UHGV virus genome: UHGV-0126338
Reading direction: 5' to 3' (one strand)
Source: a virus
Length of the DNA: 34,728 nucleotides
Shown piece after piece: positions 1 through 9,595 of this stretch; the first letter of the stretch is position 1, and every line of letters starts with the position of its first letter. Under the pieces are notes generated by a model. It worked only from the letters and a program-made list of their open reading frames with translations, ran no database searches and was not told where the DNA came from. A program made the translations under genes and the position numbers.

Positions 1-49
1 TTAGCAAGGTTGTGTACATTTGTACACAATTGCAGAGAGAGGAAATGAC

Positions 50-586
50 ATGCGTCGCGCTAACGATCCGCAACGGCGAGAAAAAATTATCCAGGCCACG
101 CTGGAGGCGGTGAAACTTTACGGAATACATGCTGTTACGCACCGCAAAATTGCTACCCTTGCCGGGGTACCGTTGGGATCGATGACCTACTATTTTTCAG
201 GAATTGATGAGTTGTTACTGGAGGCGTTCAGCAGTTTTACTGAGATCATGTCCCGGCAATATCAGGCATTTTTTAGCGATGTTAGTGATGCTCCGGGCGC
301 ATGCCAGGCTATCACCGATATGATCTACAGCTCACAGGTTGCAACGCCGGATAACATGGAGCTGATGTACCAGCTCTACGCGCTGGCTAGCCGAAAACCG
401 CTATTAAAAACGGTAATGCAAAACTGGATGCAGCGCAGTCAGCAAACGCTCGAACAATGGTTTGAACCCGGAACCGCCCGCGCGCTTGATGCGTTTATTG
501 AGGGGATGACGCTGCATTTTGTCACCGACCGTAAGCCGCTATCGCGCGAGGAGATTTTGAGGATGGTTGAGAGGGTTGCAGGGTAG
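50..586 (+). CDS. rcdA: Host TetR-family transcriptional regulator (resembles RcdA/YbjK); real start taken at internal ATG 50 (MRRANDPQ...)
   Basis: ORF 20..586; N-terminal helix-turn-helix region ([17 protein letters not shown]) typical of TetR family; sequence recalled as E. coli YbjK/RcdA; GC-normal host-like composition; lies outside the prophage. Confidence 0.55.
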
Positions 587-603
587 TAGATAAGTTTTAG
601 ATA

Positions 604-631
604 ACAAAAAACCCATTTATGTAAACGGGTT
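604..631 (-). terminator. Putative rho-independent terminator downstream of int (minus strand)
   Basis: Imperfect 10-bp inverted repeat AACCCATTTA-tg-TAAACGGGTT (610..631); on the minus strand the hairpin is followed by TTTTTTGTT (A-run 604..609 on plus strand). Confidence 0.35.
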
Positions 632-690
632 AATGAAAACAACAAGTTAGATTAAAAACAATAAGTTAGGTTGGTGGTCAGTGGTGGTTA

Positions 691-1743
691 TTACGGGGTA
701 ATGCCAACCGCTGCCGCCACTTTGTCGCCACTTGGCAGCGTTGCCAGAGGATTGAAACGGAGCGCCGTTTCCAGATGATCCGGTGCCAGATGTGCGTAAC
801 GCATAGTCATTTTTATATCGTGGTGTCCGAGAATTTTTTGTAAGGCCAGAATGTTTCCACCCGACATCATGAAGTGCGCCGCAAACGTATGGCGCAGAAC
901 GTGTGTGAGTTGACCGCGAGGGAGCACGATAGACGTTTTTTCCATCACGGATAAAAATTGAAAATAGCAGTCTGTGAAGAAATTGAACCCATCAAGCGCC
1001 ATGATCTCTTCGTAAAGCTCTTTACTGATAGGGATACTTCTGTTTTTCTTCCCCTTCGTTCTTACAAAGGTAATTCGGTATTTGGTCACCTGTGAACGAG
1101 TAAGATTTACGGCTTCTCGCCAGCGCGCGCCTGTGCTTAAGCATATCTTAACTACCAGTGCTAGAATTGGGTCCTGACGTTTGCAATCAGCCAGTAATTC
1201 AACAATCTGCTCATGGGTAAGCCATGCCATCTCTTTTTCTGCGATGGTGAATTTTCGCATGTTCTCCAGTGGGTTCGGATACGACCATTCGCCCAGACGG
1301 GATAGTTCGCTAAAAACACTACTTAGATAGCTTTGCTCCAGGTTAATGGTGACCGGGCTTGCTCCTTTCTTCCATTTCTCGCTGAAGTAGATCTCGCCTG
1401 TCAGGCGTTTATCTCGATAGTGGGCAAACATTTTAGAGGTGAGATCGGTTGCAAGAGGATTGCCCAGAGCGCCAACCATCAGCAGCAATTTGTCATAGAC
1501 ATGCTGCCCAGCAGTCAGAGATTTACCATGTAGTTTGAACCATAGCTCAACCACGTCTTTCAGGGTTCGACGATCCACTGATTCGCCCAGCCATGGCTTT
1601 GATTCGGTTTCTTCCATAGTGTGACGCTCAAAAGCCAGAGCTTCGCCTTTGGTGGCGAATTGTTTACGCACACGACGCCCACTTCGTCCGGCGGGGTAAC
1701 ATTCGCAAAGCCATTTCCCTGTGGTGAGTTTTCGTACTGCCAT
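691..1743 (-). CDS. int: Phage integrase, tyrosine recombinase (P2 Int-like)
   Basis: ORF 691..1899 trimmed to ATG 1743 (MAVRKLTTGKW...); C-terminal catalytic region with R...HxxR...Y context (LTHVLRHTFAAHFMMSGGNILALQKILGHHDIKMTMRYAHL) matches the P2 integrase family from memory. Confidence 0.9.
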   Translation of the reverse strand: MAVRKLTTGKWLCECYPAGRSGRRVRKQFATKGEALAFERHTMEETESKPWLGESVDRRTLKDVVELWFKLHGKSLTAGQHVYDKLLLMVGALGNPLATDLTSKMFAHYRDKRLTGEIYFSEKWKKGASPVTINLEQSYLSSVFSELSRLGEWSYPNPLENMRKFTIAEKEMAWLTHEQIVELLADCKRQDPILALVVKICLSTGARWREAVNLTRSQVTKYRITFVRTKGKKNRSIPISKELYEEIMALDGFNFFTDCYFQFLSVMEKTSIVLPRGQLTHVLRHTFAAHFMMSGGNILALQKILGHHDIKMTMRYAHLAPDHLETALRFNPLATLPSGDKVAAAVGITP

Positions 1744-1931
1744 AAAAAATGCCCTCCAGTAGAGAGCATTTTTACTGTATGTATAACCAGTGTCAATGTA
1801 TGAAATCCTACGACCATACATCTCACTGAAGCCATAATGAAGTTGGCTATTCTTTTTGCTATGTGAGCATGTAACTTTTGCGGTTAACCTGCGGCTCATT
1901 TTTATTTTAGACGCAGATATAAAAGCAAAAG

Positions 1932-2123
1932 TTATCGTGAGTTTTTAGTACAGATTTTTTTGGATTTACTAATAGTTCCATCATTGCAAACGAATTTGCC
2001 ATCTGAGGTACAGTGAGAAACACCTCCCTTTTTCCCTGAGCAGGGATAATTTCTAGCATAGGTAGTTAGTGGGTTTAATAACAAAGAACATGACAAAACC
2101 ACAAAAAATACCTTACCAAGCAT
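1932..2123 (-). CDS. Small secreted Cys-containing protein (63 aa), hypothetical moron
   Basis: Strong RBS GGGAGG 6 nt upstream of ATG on minus strand; predicted Sec signal peptide [23 protein letters not shown]; ~40-aa mature part with 4 Cys; AT-rich relative to flanking genes; sits between cI and int. Confidence 0.5.
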   Translation of the reverse strand: MLGKVFFVVLSCSLLLNPLTTYARNYPCSGKKGGVSHCTSDGKFVCNDGTISKSKKICTKNSR

Positions 2124-2138
2124 AGTTTCCTCCCGGTA

Positions 2139-2714
2139 CTATTTAACATACTTGACTGTTAAACTTATAATTTTACCAATTATTTCAATGTGTTCTATCT
2201 TACATTCGAAGGCTCTGTTTCCACCCTCGACGAAGATTCTTCCACCGGGTAAACGAGTAATGTCACGGATCGTTACTTCGCCATCAATACTTATTACCCA
2301 TTTACCATCACGTATATCATCAAATTCTTTATCACAAATAAATTCAGAATTGTTATCTGTGATGACAAAAGGTTTTTTAAACGTAGAGGGTAGAAATCCC
2401 TTATCAAAAATATAAAAACCGTCTTCACGCAAGGCACCATCAGATAATACATATTTAGCAACTTCCATAGTATTTGTATTACCTGAAGTTTGCTTTGAAC
2501 CATGTCCGGTTGTGAGCCAATTAAGCGAGGTGCCCGTTTCAAGGGCGCACTGGATTACCCATTCTGCTGGGAATGAGTCACGCATGTAGCGTGTGGCGAG
2601 TGTACTTTTAGAGATTCCTAAATGATCGCACAACGCCTGTCGAGTTTTGAATCCATAAGCTTCTACCATGCGCTCTATAGCGCCTCGTCCGCCTTTCTCC
2701 AAATTCATGGTCAC
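2139..2714 (-). CDS. cI: Prophage CI-type repressor (186 CI-like, N-terminal HTH)
   Basis: 191-aa ORF divergent from apl/cII; N-terminal HTH (QALCDHLGISKSTLATRYMRDSFPAEW); size and position match the 186-type immunity repressor. Confidence 0.7.
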   Translation of the reverse strand: MTMNLEKGGRGAIERMVEAYGFKTRQALCDHLGISKSTLATRYMRDSFPAEWVIQCALETGTSLNWLTTGHGSKQTSGNTNTMEVAKYVLSDGALREDGFYIFDKGFLPSTFKKPFVITDNNSEFICDKEFDDIRDGKWVISIDGEVTIRDITRLPGGRIFVEGGNRAFECKIEHIEIIGKIISLTVKYVK

Positions 2715-2732
2715 TCCAAGTGAACTTTTATC

Positions 2733-2761
2733 TTGACGATTTCATTGTGCGATCGTATGTT
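2733..2761 (+). promoter_or_regulatory. Candidate rightward early promoter (pR-like) in the cI/apl switch region
   Basis: TTGACG (2733..2738) - 17 bp - TATGTT (2756..2761) upstream of apl; sigma70-like spacing read directly. Confidence 0.3.
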
Positions 2762-2833
2762 TATGGTGTTCACAAAATACAAACGATCCGTATTCGTCCT
2801 GATTAATCATCATTAAACGAGGAATGTTGCATC

Positions 2834-3055
2834 ATGAGACCTAACATTTCAATCACTCTTACCACGCCTCATGTGACTATTGAGCGCTATAGCGAGCTGA
2901 CAGGGCTGTCCATCGATACCATCAATGACATGTTGGCTGACGGACGCCTTATCCGTCACCGTTTGCGCAAAGATAAAAAACGCGAAAAAGTGATGATCAA
3001 CATAGCAGCCATGACCGTTGATGCGCTTTCAGAATGCAATCTAAACCTTAATTAG
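2834..3055 (+). CDS. Apl/Cox-like excisionase/early regulator
   Basis: 73-aa ORF immediately divergent from the repressor gene, the position of cox (P2) / apl (186); small basic protein. Confidence 0.5.
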   Translation: MRPNISITLTTPHVTIERYSELTGLSIDTINDMLADGRLIRHRLRKDKKREKVMINIAAMTVDALSECNLNLN

Positions 3056-3087
3056 TTCGATTCTGAAATACATCAGAGGCATTGACC

Positions 3088-3597
3088 ATGTTTGATTACC
3101 AAGTTTCCAAACATCCACATTTTGATGAAGCCTGTCGTGCATTTGCACTGCGCCACAATCTGGTGCAACTGGCAGAACGTGCAGGCATGAATGTGCAGAT
3201 TCTGCGGAACAAGCTGAACCCAGCTCAGCCTCATCTATTAACCGCACCAGAAATCTGGCTGCTTACCGATCTGACTGAAGATTCAACGCTGGTAGATGGT
3301 TTTCTGGCACAGATTCATTGTCTGCCATGTGTACCGATTAATGAGGTGGCAAAAGAGAAACTGCCACATTACGTCATGAGTGCAACCGCAGAGATCGGGC
3401 GTGTTGCTGCAGGTGCGGTATCTGGCGATGTAAAAACCAGTGCAGGTCGTCGTGATGCTATCAGCAGCATTAACTCTGTAACACGACTGATGGCGTTGGC
3501 TGCTGTTTCATTGCAGGCCCGTTTACAGGCTAACCCTGCGATGGCGAGTGCAGTTGATACCGTGACCGGCCTCGGTGCTTCATTCGGTTTGCTGTGA
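3088..3597 (+). CDS. cII: Phage CII-type regulatory protein (CP76 family)
   Basis: ORF 3082..3597 trimmed to ATG 3088 with RBS AGAGG 8 nt upstream; ~169 aa; position after apl as in 186. Confidence 0.65.
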   Translation: MFDYQVSKHPHFDEACRAFALRHNLVQLAERAGMNVQILRNKLNPAQPHLLTAPEIWLLTDLTEDSTLVDGFLAQIHCLPCVPINEVAKEKLPHYVMSATAEIGRVAAGAVSGDVKTSAGRRDAISSINSVTRLMALAAVSLQARLQANPAMASAVDTVTGLGASFGLL

Positions 3598-3604
3598 GGT
3601 GCTT

Positions 3605-3901
3605 ATGCTGACGAAAGAACCATCATTTGCATCGCTGCTGGTAAAGCAAAGCCCGGCAATGCACTACGGTCACGGCTGGATCATGGGTGAGGATGGAAAA
3701 CGCTGGCATCCATGTCATTCACAAGATGAATTGCTGTCTGAATTGACCACGAGGAAACGGAGAAAGTCAAAATGTATGCAGCGGAAAGTGAAGTGGTTTA
3801 TCAGTTTTGTTACAGAGGGGAGAGTTATTCAGTACCTGAAGATGATTTGCTCTGTTGTTATCCGTCGTTGTCGGGCGATGGCAGTTACTTTTTCACGCTA
3901 A
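3605..3901 (+). CDS. Hypothetical early protein (possibly Fil-like); the 3' part may be non-coding
   Basis: ATG 3605 with RBS GAGGTG 6 nt upstream; overlaps ORF 3772..3996 in another frame for ~130 nt; C-terminal third looks like low-complexity out-of-frame sequence. Confidence 0.3.
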   Translation: MLTKEPSFASLLVKQSPAMHYGHGWIMGEDGKRWHPCHSQDELLSELTTRKRRKSKCMQRKVKWFISFVTEGRVIQYLKMICSVVIRRCRAMAVTFSR

Positions 3902-3996
3902 AGGATGGGACGTTTTTACGGGGAGAGCAGGTTAAAGAGACGGTACGAAAAAATGTATCTCCCCTTGAGCGTTACCGTAAGAACAAAGAACGATAG
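3772..3996 (+). CDS. Hypothetical early protein
   Basis: 74-aa ORF with GGAG ~10 nt upstream; balanced amino-acid composition; overlaps the previous ORF. Confidence 0.3.
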   Translation: MYAAESEVVYQFCYRGESYSVPEDDLLCCYPSLSGDGSYFFTLKDGTFLRGEQVKETVRKNVSPLERYRKNKER

Positions 3997-4018
3997 GTGC
4001 GTTTGGGGGATATGAAGT

Positions 4019-4360
4019 ATGGCAATTAATGGCGCTGCGGCGACTGTTCCATTAAGCCCCGGAGAACGCCTGAATGGACTTAATCACATTGCGGAATTAA
4101 GGGCGAAAGTATTTGGCCTGAATATTGAGTCAGAGCTTGAGCGGTTTATTAAAGATATGCGTGATCCACGGGATATCAATAACGAACAAAATAAACGGGC
4201 ACTGGCTGCCATATTCTTTATGGCAAAAATTCCAGCTGAACGTCATAGCATCAGCATTAATGAGCTGACCACTGACGAAAAGCGGGAGTTGATTAAAGCA
4301 ATGAATCATTTTCGTGCAGTGGTGAGCTTATTTCCCAGACGGCTAACCATGCCGAATTAA
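4019..4360 (+). CDS. Hypothetical early protein
   Basis: 113-aa ORF, RBS GGGGGA 8 nt upstream of ATG 4019. Confidence 0.45.
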   Translation: MAINGAAATVPLSPGERLNGLNHIAELRAKVFGLNIESELERFIKDMRDPRDINNEQNKRALAAIFFMAKIPAERHSISINELTTDEKRELIKAMNHFRAVVSLFPRRLTMPN

Positions 4361-4427
4361 CCAACCAATGAAATTAATGGCGTAAACCCGCCGGGTATCC
4401 CTTTATCTAAATTCAGGAGAATTGATT

Positions 4428-4661
4428 ATGCGTAATATTGAAACCCTCTCGACCAAAACCGGACCGGATGACGCAGGGCTTAATATTTTACTGACAGAGG
4501 CTCGTCTGGAAGAACGCCGGGCAAGGGCTGAAGCAATGGCAGCTCGCCTTGATAGCCTGGCGTGTCATATTACATCCCGCCAGCTAACCCACGTCGAAGC
4601 GGCAGAACTGCTTCGTGTGACTGCTGAAGCAATCCAGAACGAAGCGCAGGAGATCCACTAA
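4428..4661 (+). CDS. Hypothetical early protein
   Basis: ORF 4422..4661 trimmed to ATG 4428 (RBS AGGAG 9 nt upstream); stop overlaps next start (TAATG). Confidence 0.45.
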   Translation: MRNIETLSTKTGPDDAGLNILLTEARLEERRARAEAMAARLDSLACHITSRQLTHVEAAELLRVTAEAIQNEAQEIH

Positions 4662-4888
4662 TGGCTGATGCAATGGATCTCGTACAGCAGCGCGTTGAAG
4701 AAGAACGCCAACGCCATATCCGTGCTGCCCGTGCCAAAACGCCGGGCGTGTCCCGCGTGCTTTGCATTGAGTGTGAAGCGCCAATTCCGCCAGCACGCCG
4801 CCGTGCCATTCCGGGTGTGCAGCTTTGCATTACCTGTCAGGAAATCGCAGAGCTGAAAGGCAAACATTACAACGGAGGTGCTGTATGA
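4661..4888 (+). CDS. TraR/DksA-family C4 zinc-finger protein
   Basis: 75 aa with CxxC...CxxC (CIECEAPI...CITCQ); common in P2-like early regions. Confidence 0.65.
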   Translation: MADAMDLVQQRVEEERQRHIRAARAKTPGVSRVLCIECEAPIPPARRRAIPGVQLCITCQEIAELKGKHYNGGAV

Positions 4889-5742
4889 GCACCATCCTGA
4901 AATGGGCGGGAAATAAAACTGCCATAATGTCCGAACTGAAAAAACATCTTCCTGCTGGCCCGCGACTGGTTGAACCTTTCGCGGGTTCCTGTGCTGTGAT
5001 GATGGAGACGGATTATCCCAGCTATCTGGTTGCGGATATTAATCCTGATTTAATCAACCTCTATAAAAAGGTTGCCGCTGATTGTGAATCGTTTATATCT
5101 CGCGCCAGAGTTTTATTTGAGATCGCAAACAGGGAGGTGGCTTATTACAACATAAGGCAGGAGTTTAATTACTCAACTGAAATTACTGATTTCATGAAAG
5201 CGGTATATTTCCTGTATCTCAATCGTCACGGTTACCGTGGTTTATGTCGCTATAACAAGAGCGGGCATTTCAACATTCCCTACGGTAATTATAAAAATCC
5301 GTATTTCCCTGAAAAAGAAATTCGCGCATTTGCAGAAAAGGCCCAGCGAGCAACGTTTATCTGCGCCAGCTTTGATGAAACGCTGGCGATGTTGAAGGCG
5401 GGGGATGTGGTGTATTGCGATCCGCCGTATGACGGTACGTTTTCCGGCTATCACACTGACGGCTTCACTGAAGATGACCAGTATCACCTGGCATCTGTTC
5501 TTGAACATCGGTCATCAGAAGGACATCCGGTCATTGTTTCTAACAGTGACACATCCCTGATCCGTTCGCTGTATCGCAATTTTACTCACCACTACATCAA
5601 GGCAAAACGCAGCATCGGTGTGGCAGCTGGCGAGGGTAAATCAGCAACAGAAATCATTGCTGTTTCCGGGCCGCGCTGCTGGGTGGGATTTGATTATTCG
5701 CGTGGCGTGGATAGTTCTGCCGTGTACGGAGTACGTGCATGA
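4885..5742 (+). CDS. dam: DNA adenine methyltransferase (Dam-like, orphan)
   Basis: ORF 4825..5742 trimmed to ATG 4885 (RBS GGAGG; ATGA overlap with upstream stop); N-terminal ILKWAGNK motif and DPPY motif ([11 protein letters not shown]) read directly. Confidence 0.85.
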   Translation: MSTILKWAGNKTAIMSELKKHLPAGPRLVEPFAGSCAVMMETDYPSYLVADINPDLINLYKKVAADCESFISRARVLFEIANREVAYYNIRQEFNYSTEITDFMKAVYFLYLNRHGYRGLCRYNKSGHFNIPYGNYKNPYFPEKEIRAFAEKAQRATFICASFDETLAMLKAGDVVYCDPPYDGTFSGYHTDGFTEDDQYHLASVLEHRSSEGHPVIVSNSDTSLIRSLYRNFTHHYIKAKRSIGVAAGEGKSATEIIAVSGPRCWVGFDYSRGVDSSAVYGVRA

Positions 5743-8153
5743 GTCATGCCGATATGAACAACTGCTGCGGCTTTAACGAAGCTGCCGCATCGTTCTCATG
5801 GAACAGCCCGAAAAAGGCCATTAACCCTTATCTGGACCCGGTGGAAGTTGCGCCGGTTTCTACGCTTTCAAACCTGATCACTCTGTACGCTGCCGATAAC
5901 GAGCAGGAACAGCTGCGCCGTGAGGCGCTGAGTGATCAGGTCTGGGAGCGTTATTTCTTTAATGAATCCCGTGATCCTGTCCAGCGCGAAATGGAACAGG
6001 ATAAGCTCATTAGTCGGGCAAAGCTGGCGCATGAGCAGCAGCGTTTTAATCCGGATATGGTCATTCTGGCGGACGTCAACGCCCAGCCTTCCCATATCAG
6101 CAAGCCGCTGATGCAACGTATTGAATACTTCAGCAGCCTGGGCAGGCCAAAGGCTTATTCCCGCTATTTACGTGAGACGATTAAGCCATGTCTGGAACGA
6201 CTGGAGCATGTACGCGACAGTCAGCTATCTGCATCTTTTCGCTTTATGGCAAGCCATGAAGGGCTGGACGGCCTGCTGATCCTGCCTGAAATGAGTCAGG
6301 ATCAGGTGAAACGCCTGTCCACCCTGGTAGCTGCGCATATGAGTATGTGCCTTGATGCCGCTTGTGGCGATTTGTATGCCACCGATGACGTTAAGCCAGA
6401 AGAAATCCGCAATACATGGGAAAGGGTGGCAGCGGAAACCCTGCGTCTGGATGTCATCCCGCCTGCGTTTGAGCAACTCCGTCGGAAAAGAAACCGCCGT
6501 AAACCCGTGCTCTATGAACTCATTCCGGGTTCGCTGGCGCGTATGTTGTGCGCCGACTGGTGGTATCGGAAATTATGGAAGATGCGTTGCGAATGGCGGG
6601 AAGAGCAGTTGCGTGCAGTCTGCCTTGTCAGCAAAAAAGCATCTCCTTATGTCAGCTATGAAGCCGTGATGCATAAACGTGAGCAGCGCCGTAAGTCGCT
6701 GGAGTTTTTCCGTTCTCATGAACTGGTGAACGAAGACGGCGACACGCTGGACATGGAGGATGTGGTAAACGCCAGCAGCAGCAACCCAGCGCATCGCCGC
6801 AATGAGATGATGGCCTGTGTTAAAGGTCTGGAGCTTATCGCGGAAATGCGCGGTGACTGCGCCGTTTTCTACACCATCACCTGTCCGTCACGTTTCCATT
6901 CCACGCTAAATAACGGCAGGCCCAACCCAACCTGGACAAATGCGACGGTAAGACAAAGCAGTGATTATCTGGTCGGCATGTTTGCTGCATTTCGTAAGGC
7001 GATGCACAAAGCCGGATTGCGGTGGTATGGCGTGCGGGTGGCTGAGCCGCATCATGACGGTACAGTTCACTGGCACCTGTTGTGTTTTATGCGCAAAAAA
7101 GACCGCCGCACCATCACTGCATTACTGCGTAAGTTTGCCATCCGTGAAGACCGCGAGGAGCTGGGCAATAACACTGGGCCGCGCTTTAAGTCTGAGTTGA
7201 TTAACCCGCGCAAAGGTACGCCAACAAGCTACATCGCGAAATACATCAGTAAGAACATTGACGGGCGTGGTCTGGCTGGCGAGATCAGCAAGGAAACGGG
7301 GAAATCCCTGCGTGATAATGCTGAATACGTTAATGCCTGGGCGTCTCTGCATCGTGTTCAGCAATTCCGCTTCTTTGGCATTCCGGGGCGTCAGGCTTAC
7401 CGTGAACTGCGATTGCTGGCTGGTCAGGCGGCAAGGCAACAGGGGGACAAAAAAGCAGGTGCGCCGGTACTGGATAACCCGCGCCTTGATGCCATTCTGG
7501 CTGCTGCTGATGCTGGTTGTTTTGCCACCTACATCATGAAGCAGGGTGGCGTACTGGTTCCCCGCAAATATCACCTCATCAGAACTGCTTATGAAATCAA
7601 CGAAGAGCCGACCGCCTATGGCGATCACGGCATTCGTATTTATGGCATCTGGTCACCTATTGCAGAGGGCAAGATCTGCACTCATGCCGTGAAGTGGAAA
7701 ATGGTTCGTAAGGCCGTTGACGTTCAGGAGGCGGCAGCCGACCAGGGCGCTTGCGCCCCTTGGACTCGTGGCAATAACTGTCCCCTTGCTGAAAATTTGA
7801 ACCAACAAGGGAAAGACAAATCAGCTGATGGGGATACCAGAACGGACATTACCCGCATGGATGACAAGGAGTTGCACGAATACCTGCACAGTATGAGCAA
7901 AAAAGAGCGCCGGGAACTGGCTGCAAGGTTACGCCTGGTGAAACCGAAACGGCGTAAAGACTACAAACAGCGAATTACAGACCATCAGCGACAGCAGCTC
8001 GTCTATGAACTGAAGTCCAGAGGATTTGATGGCAGCGAGAAAGAGGTCGATTTACTCCTTCGCGGCGGCAGTATTCCGTCAGGAGCAGGCCTGCGTATCT
8101 TCTATCGGAACCAGCGTTTGCAGGAAGATGATAAGTGGCGGAACCTGTATTAA
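5739..8153 (+). CDS. A: Replication initiation endonuclease (P2 gpA-like rolling-circle replicase)
   Basis: 804-aa ORF; motifs [11 protein letters not shown] and [12 protein letters not shown] match P2 A family from memory; start overlaps dam stop (ATGA). Confidence 0.9.
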   Translation: MSHADMNNCCGFNEAAASFSWNSPKKAINPYLDPVEVAPVSTLSNLITLYAADNEQEQLRREALSDQVWERYFFNESRDPVQREMEQDKLISRAKLAHEQQRFNPDMVILADVNAQPSHISKPLMQRIEYFSSLGRPKAYSRYLRETIKPCLERLEHVRDSQLSASFRFMASHEGLDGLLILPEMSQDQVKRLSTLVAAHMSMCLDAACGDLYATDDVKPEEIRNTWERVAAETLRLDVIPPAFEQLRRKRNRRKPVLYELIPGSLARMLCADWWYRKLWKMRCEWREEQLRAVCLVSKKASPYVSYEAVMHKREQRRKSLEFFRSHELVNEDGDTLDMEDVVNASSSNPAHRRNEMMACVKGLELIAEMRGDCAVFYTITCPSRFHSTLNNGRPNPTWTNATVRQSSDYLVGMFAAFRKAMHKAGLRWYGVRVAEPHHDGTVHWHLLCFMRKKDRRTITALLRKFAIREDREELGNNTGPRFKSELINPRKGTPTSYIAKYISKNIDGRGLAGEISKETGKSLRDNAEYVNAWASLHRVQQFRFFGIPGRQAYRELRLLAGQAARQQGDKKAGAPVLDNPRLDAILAAADAGCFATYIMKQGGVLVPRKYHLIRTAYEINEEPTAYGDHGIRIYGIWSPIAEGKICTHAVKWKMVRKAVDVQEAAADQGACAPWTRGNNCPLAENLNQQGKDKSADGDTRTDITRMDDKELHEYLHSMSKKERRELAARLRLVKPKRRKDYKQRITDHQRQQLVYELKSRGFDGSEKEVDLLLRGGSIPSGAGLRIFYRNQRLQEDDKWRNLY

Positions 8154-8245
8154 TTACGCGGGTTAACAATTCGTGCTCTTAATAATACCAGGCATTTCAG
8201 GCTGATGAACGTAAAAAAACGTTTTACATCAGTAAGATTATTATA

Positions 8246-8265
8246 TACTGTAAATATAAACAGTG
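8246..8265 (+). promoter_or_regulatory. LexA (SOS) box
   Basis: TACTGTAAATATAAACAGTG = CTGT-N8-ACAG consensus (8248..8263 core) in an AT-rich promoter region ~45 bp upstream of ORF 8306; a second degenerate half-site follows (..TTATATATACAGTA). Confidence 0.7.
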
Positions 8266-8305
8266 GTTATATATACAGTATTACTTTGGTGTCATAGGAG
8301 GAAAG

Positions 8306-8494
8306 ATGCAGGACTATTTTTTGGAGTCTTTGAAGCTCCAGCGCATTGATTTTTTTCTTAAGCTTGTAGCGGCTAGTGAGTGTAGTGATGAAGAGAAGGG
8401 GCTGGCTCTGCAGTGGGTTTCTGAATTGACTGATGAACTCATGGCAAAAATCAGAACCCACGAATACAACCGCTCAATGGATGTCATCAGCTGA
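8306..8494 (+). CDS. Small hypothetical protein, SOS-regulated (possible antirepressor analogue)
   Basis: 62-aa ORF with RBS AGGAGG upstream, directly downstream of the LexA box and upstream of the DinI-like gene. Confidence 0.4.
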   Translation: MQDYFLESLKLQRIDFFLKLVAASECSDEEKGLALQWVSELTDELMAKIRTHEYNRSMDVIS

Positions 8495-8504
8495 GGTGAC
8501 CTTT

Positions 8505-8738
8505 ATGCGTATTGAAATAATGATCGATAAAGAGCAGAAGATTAGCCAGTCTACCCTGGACGCCCTTGAATCCGAGCTTTACCGCAATCTGCGCCCCCTG
8601 TATCCCAAAATGGTAATTCGCATCCGCAAAGGTAGCTCTAACGGTGTGGAACTGACCGGACTGCAACTGGACGAAGAAAGAAAACAAGTGATGAAGATTA
8701 TGCAGAAGGTGTGGGAAGACGACAGCTGGCTGCATTAA
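8505..8738 (+). CDS. DinI-family protein
   Basis: ORF 8433..8738 trimmed to ATG 8505 (RBS GAGGTG); 77 aa MRIEIMIDKEQ...WEDDSWLH resembles DinI (MRIEVTI...WESADDWF). Confidence 0.75.
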   Translation: MRIEIMIDKEQKISQSTLDALESELYRNLRPLYPKMVIRIRKGSSNGVELTGLQLDEERKQVMKIMQKVWEDDSWLH

Positions 8739-8897
8739 GAAAAGTTGCTGGCGTCTGAACTTGGTTCTGGCGTCAGCAAGGTTGAACAACGAGTACAGTG
8801 AGGCGTTAGGTGTGGCGTTTATTTGATGAGTGAACGCCCGTTCTGCGACAGGTTCGGAGATTAAGGTTGAAACTACGGGCAAAATACCATCTTTTTC

Positions 8898-9323
8898 CTA
8901 CTTAATTGAGTCCAGTAACAAGTTACAGTTACTCTCATTGTAGAGAGAACGAGCAATTAGTGTTACCTGCTTTCCATTCATTCCCGGCTTATCCCATAAC
9001 ACAGCTTCTTGCGACGCCACAAATTCAGCATAATCAATTATGCGTTGTTCGTGATCTGGTTCCTCATAGCCAAAGTATGAGAGCGCATCGTTGTAAGCGT
9101 GGTAAGCTGCTTTCTGTAATATCTTGATATCGGCTGTAGGTACTTGCTCCGTGTAGCTAGGATCTAATTGTGTGCTACTGCCATAGAATGCACATGAAAG
9201 GTAAGATATTGATTTCTATTGAGCTTTAGTTCCTTTCTCATAGTTTTTAGCTGTTACCGCCTGAACTGGGACGCTAACAAAGCTTGCAACCAGAATTAAA
9301 ATTAATACGTAAAAGCTTTTCAT
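8898..9323 (-). pseudogene. Amber-interrupted gene for a secreted protein (~141 codons, in-frame TAG at codon 36)
   Basis: Minus-strand ATG at 9323 with GAGG RBS; signal-peptide-like N-terminus MKSFYVLILILVASFVSVPVQA; in-frame TAG at 9218..9216; frame stays open to TAG at 8900..8898; translated by hand, absent from the ORF track. Confidence 0.45.
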
Positions 9324-9595
9324 TTTGACCTCAGCCGAAACGTTAGAGAGACTATCGAAATTTGTAAAACCCGTGGCGATTCAGTTTGAGATCCTCCCCC
9401 TTACATGATTTTTAATCAAATATATGCTTTTGTAAGCATACCTGTTAACCGAATTATTTATTTTTAGAGATCTTCCGACATACTGATTATGCCCGCTGAG
9501 GAGTTCACCTTGCGTAAGGTCCGATTCGCTTTACTCGTCTGTGCATGTCTATGCTGCATGAGATTGCATGATCGTTTGAGGATCGTTTTTGCTAA

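Noticed and set aside
439-645. 68-aa minus-strand ORF overlapping the 3' end of the TetR-family gene
   Set aside because: Antisense to a well-supported host gene.
587-690. tRNA gene at the integration site
   Set aside because: No cloverleaf-compatible sequence or conserved T-loop or anticodon-arm features seen in the junction.
8906-9127. Plus-strand 73-aa ORF
   Set aside because: Lies antisense to the amber-interrupted minus-strand gene, has no RBS and a biased composition.
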